Of a stretch of DNA of 64,000 nucleotides, positions 24,057 through 35,647 are shown piece by piece. The translations under genes and the position numbers were made by a program. Within the stretch, counting starts at the first letter, position 1. Every line of letters begins with the position of its first letter. Below the pieces are notes generated by a model. The model was given only the letters and a program-made list of their open reading frames with translations. It did no database searches and had not been told where the DNA came from. This DNA is from Hypanus sabinus (Eukaryota), in NCBI RefSeq assembly GCF_030144855.1, contig NC_082715.1:146506001-146570000 (forward strand), in the 5' to 3' direction.

Positions 24057-26261
24057 TGTAACAGCTACAGTCAGGCAAACCTTCCTTTGCTTTCTTAATC
24101 CGTCGTATCGCTGTGGTCATTCAGTGATGACCTCTCCATCCTTCTGCTGGACCGTTCTTCTGTGATGGACTCGTCACGCTATCATGAGTGGACACAAACA
24201 CAAGTCCCCACCGGCCTTGCTTTTACACTGATAGCCTTAATGACCGACCTCCTGGTTCGGCCTTCAAAGCCCCCACCTTTGTTGTTAGTTCCAACACCCA
24301 ATCAGTGTCCATTGGCGTGTCTGGACGGTATCTCTCCAGACCTGTCTTTTTATCCCTACCAACGGGGACTCAGCTATCCATCACTCCTGAATAACTGTTT
24401 CCAACAGATAAGGCCACTCCTTCAGTCCACTGAGGAATGTTCATGAATGAGCAAACTATTGTCCTTGCAGCGAAACAGTAAATAATTCAAAAAGGAGTCA
24501 CAATACGGTTAGTCAGCAATTTCCCCCCCTCTCTTATCTGTCGCCGATGTTCTTGCTTGTTTTTCCGTCTCTTTTTCTCATGGTCAGCATAGCAACAGTA
24601 ATAGTTCGTGGTTCTCAGGAGGGGAATGATTAACTCTGTACCCCATTGTCCATCAGGTCTGTTCATCACTCATAACATCCCCATACTTCTGGGAATTTTC
24701 ACCAGGGGAAAATTAACTAATAAAGCACATGACTGAATTACAGAGTTTAACAAATACAGTAGTTGTCTTAACTACTAAAATAATACAGATATACATTCAA
24801 CTAGCATCTAGATAAACAGTCAGCAATTACATTGTCACTCCCTTTAATATGTTGTATCTTAATATCAAATTCCTGTAGCATCAGACTCCAACTTATTAAT
24901 CTCCTATTTTTATTTTTCATGTTAGCCAAAAATACTAAAGGGTTGTGATCTTAGTTTAGGTGTATATTGCAAAGTGTGAACCAATACATGTGTGATTATA
25001 CTGTGGTACATTATAAAATATTGTGCAAATACTAATCTCTATTTTACTTTTAAACTTAACATTCAATCTTCCATGATGTTGTCTTTATTATTCACATGCT
25101 TTGTCAAATTCCCTCAAAACCAGATCCTGTTACTCAAAGTGGCATTTGGTAAACCTTCGTCCCTTTTCCACTTAACTCTCACGTGGTTAGCTTGCTCACC
25201 AGTGTGGAATAGGCCTTCACAGACTTTTTTCACAGGAATTATCTTATCACCAATGTTTTCCAAACTAAGCCCATTTGCTGAACGTCCACACAATTCGTTG
25301 ATTTTAAGCAAGTCATTAATTTTATCTTCAGGATCTTTCATTCTATTTGTTTTCAGTTTAACAGCGGCAGATGATCCCACTTGGTCCAAACAACATTTCT
25401 AGTTCTGCCTCTCCAAATCACATACTTGAATAACATCAGCAAGATGTTTATCTTTAGATTTCCAAACAAACTGTAATTGCTTCACTGGTACCTTGTTAAC
25501 AAGCCATTGTTCAGTTAACGGTCCCTTCCTTTTGTCAATCCTTCTAAAACCAATTCAGACTTTAAAATTTCTTTATTCAATTTATGAACAACACCTTTCC
25601 CTTCTCCTTCAATAATATTCACATCACCAGTTTCATTTCATCATTAACTTCTAACGCACCTTCTAACACAAACAACTGAAAATTCTTACTTTCCACTGGT
25701 AAAAAAGATTAACCCTTTCTTCACTGAACCAAGTCCATCTGACCCAAAAGAACTGCATTCCTTCATCTAAATCAGATACCTCAGACTTTTCCTGAGTTTC
25801 AATATTAGGTTCAGTACCCTGTGCATCCACACCCTTCAAACCCTGAATACACTCAAACGGGACATCTACCTTTCAATACCAGTCCCCTTTTAAAATTCTT
25901 AGTTCCCCTGATCCTCCCAGTTAATCTCTGGGCCACTTCCCTTTGGAGTAAACTCAACCTTGCGGGTTAAAACAATTTCGTCTGCTAACCCAGCAGACTC
26001 CCTCAAGGTAGTGGCATCCTTTTCATCTAGGACATCATTGTCGGGAACACATTTAAATTTTTCAACCGCAAACAGTTGTCAAGCCAGACAAATCATCTGT
26101 GTCCTACCCTGGACCTTCTAACTGCCATATCTGTTTCTCACCTTAACTCTGTGCCTCTACAAATTTCCTCCTTGCTAAGGGTGGATCTACCTCCTCTCCT
26201 TTACTCTCTCTCACCCCACTATCCTTTTCCTTCTCATCCGGTAACCCCTTTTCATACATGG

Positions 26262-27889
26262 TCAACAAAATGTCTCCGCTCGGTCAACACTGGACTCATT
26301 TAAACTGACTTCTTTATCAGCCGTCTTTCTCGACATGCTGCGAGTGATTGCGCATGCGGGATAAACCTTGGAATCTATAGGCGGGTCGTCAGCACTTACA
26401 CTTGTCAGCTTGCTTGTTAGCTTCACTGCTGAACACACGTCACCACCTGCTAAATCGTTACCAAGAAGGACGTCCACGCCGTCTCTCGGTAATTTATACC
26501 ACGCCCCTACTTCGACTGGTCCAGATACCAGGTTACATTTTAAAATGATCCTTTGCAAAGGAACAGCTTCTGTCCCTTTTCCCAGGCCTCTTAATACAAC
26601 ATCTCCTGTTTCAGGGCCGAAATCTAGCACCTTCCTTCGGATCAGCCCCATTATCTCTCCAGATCCTCACTAGGATTTGGGTTTCTCCTTCTTTCACAGA
26701 CACCGCCCCTTCCGAAATAAATTTCTCACGCCCCTCTTGGGCTCTATCTACCCTTGCCTTCCCCATCGATCTGCTGACCGACTGAATGCAACCTGTTGGG
26801 ATTGTTGTTTTCCATTTTCCTGTCTCCTTCTTCGGAGCAAAGCACTTAGATGCTATATGACGAGCTTTCCCACAATTATAACAGATAAAGCTCGGAACCT
26901 TCCTGCCAGCCTGCTTTTCCTCCTCCTCCCCTTTTCCACTAGCTCCCGGCTTATTCTCTACCTTAGCCGGTGGGCTTTCTCTACCGTCCCTACTGCCTCT
27001 CTGGTAACTCTTGTTTGAGGAAAACTTTGACTTGTGGGTTAAAGCATACTCGTCTGCTAACTTGGCAGTCGCAGACAGAGTCTCTGTCTCCTTCTCATCC
27101 AAGTACGTCTTCATACTCTCAGGGATACAACCTTTGAACTGCTCTATCAGTATTAACTGTAACAGGTTATCATAATCTTCATCAATCCCTTTTGAGGCGC
27201 ACCAACGCTCACAATATATTTGCATCTCACGGGCAAACTCTAGATACGTGTGGTTCCACGGCTTTCTCAAGTTCCGAAACTTCTGCCGGTATGCCTCTGG
27301 CACCAACTCATAACTCCTCAGTACAGCCCTTTTTACTTCCTCATAGTTCCTAGACTCATCCATGGACAATGCCGAATACGCTTACTGAGCCTTCCCCCTA
27401 AGTACGCTCTGTACCAGAACAGCCCATTTTCTCTCAGGCCAGTTCTGATTCACAGCCACTTTCTCAAAAAGGAGGAAGAACTTATCGACATGCATCTCCT
27501 CAACTGGAGGTACCAACTGGATCTCCCGACTAATCTTGAACCCCACATTTGGATCTGCCGCCCGGTCTCTTCCCTGCTGTGCCTTTAACTTCTCTATTTC
27601 CAGGGCATGCTGCCTCTCTTTCTCCTTTTCCTCCATCTGCCTTTCAGCCGCCTCTTTCCTCCTTTCAGCTTTCCTTTCTTCCTCCTCTCTTTCCAGCTGC
27701 CTCATCTGAAGTTCATGCTGCCTCTTTTTAAAACTTTTTAAAAGCTATTTATTAATGCTTTTTGGGAGGGTGATTTTAGATGCATATCATATTTATACTG
27801 AGTTAAATATTGTATGTAATTAGTTTTTGCCACATTAAGTGTATGGGACACTGGAAAAATGTTGAATTTCCCCTTGGGGATGAATAAAG

Positions 27890-27977
<88 letters not shown>

Positions 27978-28321
27978 AATCTCTCTTTCTCTTTCTCAGC
28001 CAACTTTATTTTTTCTATCTCTAACTGAACCCTCCCCTTCGCTGGTTTCCTCTCAGGGAACAGGTCCAATTCATCAGGTTTGAATACACCCTTGGATACA
28101 TAACGCATAGCTATTTCTCTCTGTATATCCACCTTTCTCATCGACGATTTCACCACTGGGAGATCTAATCGTTTCGCAACATTCGCCAATTCAGCTTTCC
28201 TGGCAACCTCTAATGCCCCGCAGTCGGGTCTTTTAGAAATTTGACAATGTCCATCTCTGCTGGCTTCCGGGCTGGTTAATCTCACAACCATCTCAGATGT
28301 GGGACTTTTATCCTGATTCAC
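26262..28321 (-). pseudogene. gag: Disrupted gag-protease of the Gypsy element
   Basis: ORF pieces 27965-28321, 27382-27705, 26611-27369 and 26262-26651 are collinear gag/PR segments broken by an insertion, a stop and frameshifts. Confidence 0.8.
27731..27977 (+). mobile_element. Short non-LTR element 3' end with (ATCT)n tail inserted in the Gypsy gag
   Basis: Interrupts the E/K-rich gag frame; ends AATTTCCCCTTGGGGATGAATAAAG followed by about 21 ATCT units (27891-27976). Confidence 0.55.
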
Positions 28322-30280
28322 TGGCCCCCTAATTTGGTAATCAAATCTCTAGACGAGGCCCAAATTTGTTACGTACACTGTAACTGGGTGTCTCACCAGC
28401 GGAGAAAGAAGAATTCGTTGGAGTCTGGTGGTACTATACTAAAGATGTTTATTAATAAAAATTAAGCAAAACCATATCAATAATGCAAATATACATATAA
28501 AACAAGTTAGCAGTAATAAACCTAAAAGTGTAGGAATAATAACAATCAATAATAAACAAGCTCTATCGATGTCTAGGGGTAAATAACTTGTCATAGAAAA
28601 GTATAAAGTTCAGTTCAGTTCATGAGTGCTGATGTAGTTATGGTTTTTGTATTGTAGTCGTTGGAGAGAGAGAGAGAGAGAGAGCGAGCCAGATGTAACA
28701 GTCAGGCAAACCTTCCTTTGCTTTTTAATCCGTCGTATCGGTGTGGTCATTCAGTTATGACCTCTCCATCCTTCTGCTAGACCGTTCTTCTGTGATGGAC
28801 TCGTCACTCTGGCATGAGTGGACACACACACAAGTCCCCACCGGCCTTGCTTTTACACTGATTTCCTTAATGACCGACCTCTTGGTTCGGTCTTCGAAGC
28901 CCCCACGTTTCTTGTGATTTCCAACACTCAATCAGTGTCCACTGGCGTGCCTGGAGGGTGTCTCTCCAGACCTGTCTTTTTATCCCTACCAACGGGGACT
29001 CAGCTATCCATCAAATAAGGCCACTCCTTCAGTCCACTGAGGAATGTTTATGAGCAAACTATTGTCCTTGCAGCGAAACAGTAAATAATTCAAAAATGAG
29101 TCACAATAAGGTTAATCAGCAATTTCCGCCTCTCTCTTATCTGTCGCCGATGTTCTTGCCTGTTTTTCCGTCTCTCTTTCTTATGGTCAGCATAGCAACA
29201 GTAATAGTTCGTGGTTCTCAGGAGGTGAATGGTTAGCTCTGTACCCCATTGTCCATCAGGCCTGTTCATCACTCATAACAGTACCGATAGAATTTCTGAA
29301 GAATCGAAGGATAAAGTTGCATCGAGACAAGAATATTATTTTTTTTCAGTCCCGAATACCTACACCTTCTATCTGAACACTACAACCTTCAGCCAGCTCG
29401 CCACAGAAAACAAGTGGGATTCGGCTCGGCATCCAACCCGCCAAGCCTACAAAGATTTTTATATACTTCAATGGTACTGCCCTCTCCCTTCATGACGTGA
29501 TCCCTTCATCCCGTAGAATATAAGCCCTATATATTCATTTACATAAACACGCACTTATTCTGAAAACAAAATCAGCGGCACTTCCTGCGATCTGAGACGC
29601 GTGCAGCCCCCACATGGCGAGGAAACCAGAACTATGTGTAGCACTACAGGCGATGCCCATATATAATGGCAATGACGAGTATATGCAGATTACCACAGAC
29701 TCACCCATTTCATCTCTTATATGTTTACCAATCGTCCTCAGTTGAATGAGTTCTGCATGACACATGATTGATTGTCTGTGTGCCCATGTGTGTGCTCTGA
29801 TATGTGAGTGCTTGAACCAACCAATCGCGACACGAGTTTTTAATTAATTTCACGCATCCTTCTTTGCTGCTTTTTTTGCATCAAGGCAACATCATTAAAG
29901 GGAAATTTAGCTATATTTTGGTTTATTGTGCACTCGAAATAAAAGTCACGAAAACATTTAAAATCAAACTGGATCGTTATTGTTATTGGTTCGTTGTGCT
30001 TGAAAGCGTCCGCGGTTGGCAGAAATAATGAATTCAATCTTCAGACCACGGCCATTTGATCAACATTTGCTGATGCACTTAACTGAGATTAAGTAAGATA
30101 AGCGTTTCAATTAACGATGATGCTGAATAATAAATGATACATGTAAAACTGACAGAACTTAAATGATGTCTTTCGTCGCAAAAATTTAACTGCAAAAAAT
30201 ATAACGTTTTAAAATAATTTTAATGAAGGAAAATACGGATAAAATAAGCTTTTCACCTTCATTAAGTTTTAAATATAGTT

Positions 30281-30585
30281 TTAGATACATTTGGTTCTCT
30301 CGATATTTGCCACAAGCGGGTTTACTGGACTCTCGTGTGTAACCACACGGGATTAACGCTCGTGTGCGCTCCATTCTGAGGCTGGCAGAGTCAGGTAACT
30401 GCTCGCACTGAACGCGTTGTCCGTGTTCTGAAGGACAGGGCTCGTCTCAACGCCATCCCTTCTCGCACGACCGTCCACAGAGCCCGCATTGAAACGGCTC
30501 ACCAAACACATCAGTTTCGCTGTGCCTTTTCCCGTGATTTCTTCTGCTGAAGGTCGGAGGACGGAGACGACGGAGGTCTGGGGAC
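30281..30585 (-). pseudogene. IGLC: Cluster B constant exon pseudogene
   Basis: Homologous to the A/C constant exons but 305 nt: 18-nt deletion removes IEWxxD (conserved Trp), TAC to TAA at 30353-30355, second Cys TGT to CGT. Confidence 0.93.
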
Positions 30586-30665
30586 CTGTTTAAAATAAGA
30601 TCCCAGTTTAATAAGGTTGAGAATCCGTTTCTGTCACAACATACCATATGTTTAAAGTGCATTTG

Positions 30666-32224
30666 TGTCAGGTTGGGTCGGGTTACGGTAGGACTCAAGG
30701 GCAGACCAATGAATGCTCTTTTACCAGGATTTATTAGGGAGTACAAGAGCAACAGTCTTTCAAAAACAGGAGGCAGGCACGGATCCGGAATGGCAGGCGG
30801 AGGTCTTGCCCGGGAAAGGCAGTCCAGCGAAGGCAGACGATCCAGAGCGCACAGGCAAAAATCAGGTTCCAAAACAAGCAAAATCAGTTGTCAGCAGTTG
30901 CAATGGCAGGCTAGAACGACTCAGGTCAGAGCTGGGACGAGCTGGCAGAGAATGTGAGTCAAGGCAGGGTTTAAATGGACCGGGTAATGAGTGAAAACAG
31001 AAACAGGTGAGTACTAGTGAGGCGAAAGTCCAATAATAGACAATAGACAATAGGTGCAGAAGTAGACCATTCGGCCTCTCGAGTCTGCACCGCCATTCTG
31101 AGATCATGGCTGATCATTCACTATCAATACCCAGTCCCTGCCTTGTCCCCATATCCCTTGATTCCCCTATCCATCAGATATTTATCCAGCTCCTTCTTGA
31201 AAGCATCCAGAGAATTGGCCTCCACCGTCTTCCGAGGCAGTGCATTCCACACCTCCACAACTCTCTGGGAGAAGAAGCTGTTCCTCAACTCTGTTTTAAA
31301 TAACTGACCTCTTATTCTCAATCCATGCCCTCTGGTACTGGACTCTCCCAACATCTGGAACATATTTCCTGCCTCAATCCTATCAAATCCTTTAATTATC
31401 TTAAACGTTTCAATCAGATCCCCTCTCAATCTCCTCAATTCCAGCGTGTACAAGCCCAATCTCTCCAATCTCTCTGCGTAAGACAGCCCTGCCATCCCAG
31501 GAATCAACCTAGTGAATCTACGCTGCACTTCCTCAATTGCCAGAATGTCCTTCCTTAAACCTGGAGAACAAAACTGTACACAATATTCCAGGTGTGGTCT
31601 CACCAGGGCCCTGTACATATGCAAAAGAACATCCTTGCTCTTGTATTCAATTCCCCTTGTAACAAAGGCCAACATTCCATTTGCCCTCTTCACTGCCTGT
31701 TGCACTTGCTCATTCACCTTCATTGACTGGTGAACTAGGACTCCTAGGTCTCTTTGCATTTCTCCCTTACCTAACTCTACACCGTTCAGACAATACTCTG
31801 CCCTCTTGTTCCAGCTTCCAAAGTGGATAACTTCACTTTTATTCACATTGAATGACATCTGCCAAGTATCTGCCCACTCACTCAGCCTATCCAAGTCTCC
31901 CTGTATTCTCCTAACGTCCTCTTCGCATGTCACACTGCCACCCAGTTTAGTATCGTCAGCAAACTTGCTGATATAGTTTTCAATGCCCTCATCTAAATCA
32001 TTGACATAAATCGTAAAGAGTTGTGGTCCCAATACAGAGCCCTGTGGTACCCCACTAGTCACCTCCAGCCAGTCTGAGAAACACCCATAAGGAAGGGGGC
32101 TGGGTCAAAACCCACATGGCCAGTGAAAGAAGGCAGGAATTAAGTGCTGTCGTGGTCCAGAGCTATCAGCAGCAGCCCTTCGACCCAGTGTTCAGTGTTC
32201 AGTGTTCAGGCCGGATCCTTAACA
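30666..32224. mobile_element. Solo-LTR-like element in the cluster B J-C intron, itself interrupted by a CR1
   Basis: TGTCAGG...CCTTAACA termini; exact 6-bp TSD CATTTG (30660-30665 and 32225-32230); removing it restores GTGCATTTGGTATTGC seen in the cluster A intron. Confidence 0.78.
31036..32088 (-). mobile_element. CR1 LINE, 5'-truncated, RT C-terminal ORF open (312 aa)
   Basis: ORF 31124-32062 with GVPQGSVLGPQLF and FADDTK motifs; (ACAATAG)n 3' tail. Confidence 0.9.
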
Positions 32225-32620
32225 CATTTGGTATTGCACGCATTTATTCATCTTATCGAATAAACATATATTTTCCGTTTACCCGTTACAATCTGGGACG
32301 TTGAACGTGAAAAGAAATTGCCAGCCGAAGCCTTCCATGAAGAATTGTTATTTGTGACACTGGGGCACAATCTGTGGAAGTTGTGTAAGATGAATAATTT
32401 CAGCACGCGTTTTAATCGGTCTACAAGGCATTGCATCAATGGATTCAGGTTGAATAAACATCTGAGGTTATACCTAACTGCTAATTGCTGCTTCCATTGG
32501 CAAGTAAGCCTCCGACGTCCCTACTTCTACCTTAGACACCTTCCCTCTATTCAACAGTTCAGTCACCAAGACAAGAGAAAGAAGTCGCATTAATGTTTTG
32601 CTTAAATTCAGAGACTAGTA

Positions 32621-32679
32621 CAGGATTTCTCAACCTTTTTTAGAAGACGGGTCTGCAGACCTGAGATTGGGAACCCCTG
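32621..32679. mobile_element. 59-bp hAT-type MITE remnant in the J-C intron (paralogs about 10016-10093 and 60068-60127)
   Basis: Imperfect TIRs CAGGATTTCTCAACC / GATTGGGAACCCCTG; 8-bp TSD GACTAGTA / GAATAGTA. Confidence 0.65.
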
Positions 32680-33902
32680 GAATAGTATATTTTATGCATC
32701 ATAGACATCGAAATGCAGAGTTCGTATTGCGGTAACATTAAATTTACAGGCTGCTTGTATCTTAAATCATTTTTGGAAAGTTTAACATTGATGTTAAAAC
32801 TGATACGGTTTGTTTCCACTTGAAATTAATAATTCAAATCTAGTTTCTGGACTTCGGCGGAACTTTCTCCTTACATCACCTCTGAGAAAACTGTATTCGT
32901 CTGATATGGCGCAGAACCACTGCTCAATGCAGTTTGCTTTCATATTTTTAAGTTATTCATCATGGTAAATTGAAACGCTCGCTGTCCCGTGATTCCTTTG
33001 TTGTTGCAATGAAAAATCTAACGGGTCAATTCCACTGACTTAGTGCCCGTTATGCCACTGTCATTTAGGGCAACAATGAAGGTCCTCAACCTGACTATAA
33101 AAACCATCGCACACACATATAAAAGGATTTTCTTTTGCTGCTTCCATAACAAACTTTAACTAGTCTGGGTTGTTAGCCCTGATGTGAACCGTCAATACTG
33201 GATGACTGATGGACCACTCTTAGTCTGGCCTCGACTAGACTCAGCTGATGGATATGGTTGACGCTTCCAAGTCTCAATATACAGAGCCCGGACTCTCGCC
33301 AACATAGCTCTCCGGGTCATCTTCAAAGCCTACGATAAGGCTGTGGTCATCTTGGAGTTTTATTTCCACAATGTGAACCAAATGCATCAGGATTTGTAAT
33401 TACAAAGAACTTCAATATCAAAATTGGTTAAAAAAAAGACTGCCTGCTATATTTGCACATGCAGACATTCCGAAGTAAGAGAGAAAAAGTGTCCAAATCA
33501 TCCAGGTGTCGGGTGGCAAATATAGTACTAGTTCTGGTATTTTAGGAAAATATAAGGAGACACAAAAATAACTTGAGCAGCGTGGCGAACACTTTGCAAA
33601 CAGGATTCAGATTTTGAGACTTTGCTTCATATCTTTCTTCATTCTAGACGCCAAGGACCACATCAGAGAAAACAAGATCACATATCTTAACTATTACATA
33701 AGTTTCAGTCTTGTGCTTGTGATTAATAAAGCCCGTCTAAGTCACTGAAAAATGTTCAGTGTAACGCACAGTAACAATTCAAGTTTGACAAATATTTTAG
33801 ATTATTGGTCATCTATCTTTATTCATCTACGCACGTTTATGAGATTTAAGGAACCCTCCAGGATGCAGCGTCAGTGGATAGCAGATAACTTACGGTTTCT
33901 GC

Positions 33903-34048
33903 CGGGAATTAGCATAGAATGGAGGAGCTGCTGGAATTAGTAATCTATGCTCCTTCCTAAAGAGGTTCCAGACAGGGTATTTGAACGTCCTGCCCCTGAG
34001 ACGTGGATTCCGAAGGCGGCTGATTCACTGCAACTTCCACGTTGATAT
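33903..34048 (-). pseudogene. IGLV: Cluster B truncated V pseudogene (FR1-CDR1-start of FR2 only)
   Basis: EVAVNQPPSESTSQGQDVQIPC, then a 7-nt deletion (frameshift), FR2 Trp TGG to TAA and an 18-nt insertion; at CGGG (33903-33906) it fuses to J-C intron sequence; CDR2, FR3, CDR3, J and donor absent. Confidence 0.9.
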
Positions 34049-34171
34049 CTGGAAACATTCAGTGAGAAGAAACAATGTACCGAGATTAATATTCGAGACA
34101 TACCAGAAGTGCGAGAAAAATATCATTGAATAGTATACGAGATTCAATATAATGTCCATACAAATACTCAC

Positions 34172-34220
34172 AAATTGCAGTGAACACCAGTGTACTGACC
34201 ACACGAACCCTGCAAGACAT
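34172..34220 (-). pseudogene. IGLV: Cluster B leader exon (intact frame, part of pseudogene)
   Basis: MSCRVRVVSTLVFTAI, GTGAGT donor; upstream octamer degraded to ATACAAAA (plus strand, 34330-34337) with an adjacent deletion. Confidence 0.88.
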
Positions 34221-35647
34221 TGTAATTAATTGACTGTAGCTCACACAAGGTGCTGTGGTCAAGTGGATTGTCAAATTTTCAGCTTGTATATGAATCCTTT
34301 GACGAGATGCCACTCCGTGTTTCCTATTTATACAAAACAGAATTGTACACTGGCACCAATCACAAATTGCGAACTGCTCATGTGTCAAATTAATTTCAAG
34401 TTTTTAACCAGATAGAGATTTGGTTTCTAGTTATGTATTTGGCCAAAGTATTTTCACATAAAGAACTTGTCCTCTTGTCCCTTGATTTGCACACAATATT
34501 TAAAATACATGAGGATTTGCTGAAATTTCTAAAAGCAAGAGAAGAAGAAAGGAATCACTGCAAATTATTGACGGATGTGTAGTGTTTTGAGTAAATTCCA
34601 AATATCTTGTCTGTGTATTTTTAGAAAACTCACTGGCAAACCGATGTAATGGGTTTGCAGTATTTTTGGAAATCATGTTTGCCAGCAGTTACCCTAATCA
34701 GTCATTATACTGAAGAAATTGAAAAGGAAAATCGAGACACGTATTTAATCAACCAGAGAGCTTATAGCGTGTCATGAATATCTGAAAGTGAATCGAATTA
34801 TTCAGCTGGTGCCGAGAGTGGTTTGCTTTAGATTCTGCCAAACATAAGTCAATAAGGGGAATTGTATTTACATGTAACCACAGACGCATTATTCCAGATC
34901 AATTGGATAAAGCTGGTGGCGAAATGGAGGTAAGTCTCTATCAAAGGAGTTGCGAGGCGCCCCTTCCTTCCGCAAGCCTGCAGGTTGCCCATGGGTAAGG
35001 TGTAGCACCTGATCAACCACGCCCCCCTCCACCGTACGGTGACACGTGAAGCCAGGGCTGTAGGTGCTCGATGGTCGTGTGAGCAGTCGGTGCACATCAC
35101 AATTCCTGGTTGTGCGTCCACAGACGCCTCACAGACATTTTCTGATGATAATGGCTGGAGTTTCTACTCTTGTAAAGTCACTGCCCAGATGAAGGCGATG
35201 GCATACGAGTCCTGTAGAAAAAGAAGCCAAGAATAATCATGGTCTTAGATCACCCACGTCATACAAAACTGTGCATAACGCTGATGATGTTCTTCGATGA
35301 ATTAAGCAGGCATTCTCGCAGTAAAAACTTTTTGTATTCGACTCCTCGTTCATGCAGAAGAGGTGAACAGCAAGAGACTTCGTAGGTCTTATTAATAGTC
35401 AAAGCATAGTAGATGGGAAATTTACAAAATATATTTGACGTACGTGAGGAGGTATTAGCAGGAATAGGAATTTTAATCAGATATTTAAGTCGTGGGTATT
35501 GTTATCTTATTTTAGGATGTTCTTTTATTCCTCAAAGAATGTCAGACGAAAATCTATAGATTTGTGTCATTTTCGGGAGCATACATTGAGAGCATGTTTG
35601 ACAGCAAAAAGTCGAAAGGGATAGTCAGCCTGGCCTGCTGAGTTCCA

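Larger units (their letters stand above)
23679..29280 (-). mobile_element. Gypsy (Gmr1-like, SCAN-domain gag) LTR retrotransposon, internally deleted, with two LTRs
   Basis: LTRs 28367-29280 and 23679-24677 (TGTTA...TAACA), 4-bp TSD GTAT/GTAC; degenerate tRNA-Pro-like PBS TGGGCCTCGTCTAGAGAT after the 5' LTR; purine tract AGAAGTATGGGGA before the 3' LTR; gag with SCAN-like region (YELVPEAYRQKFR), CCHC knuckle CYNCGKARHIASKC and protease remnant (RDNGA, LLGNDL); no RT/RH/IN recognised. Confidence 0.88.

Noticed and set aside
28642-28650. Perfect RSS nonamer GGTTTTTGT
   Set aside because: Lies inside an LTR with no heptamer at 12 or 23 bp.
30447-30881. 144-aa ORF ending ...PFQCGLCGRSCEKG, zinc-finger-like
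   Set aside because: Out-of-frame reading of the pseudo C exon joined to intron and LTR sequence; no complete C2H2 motif.
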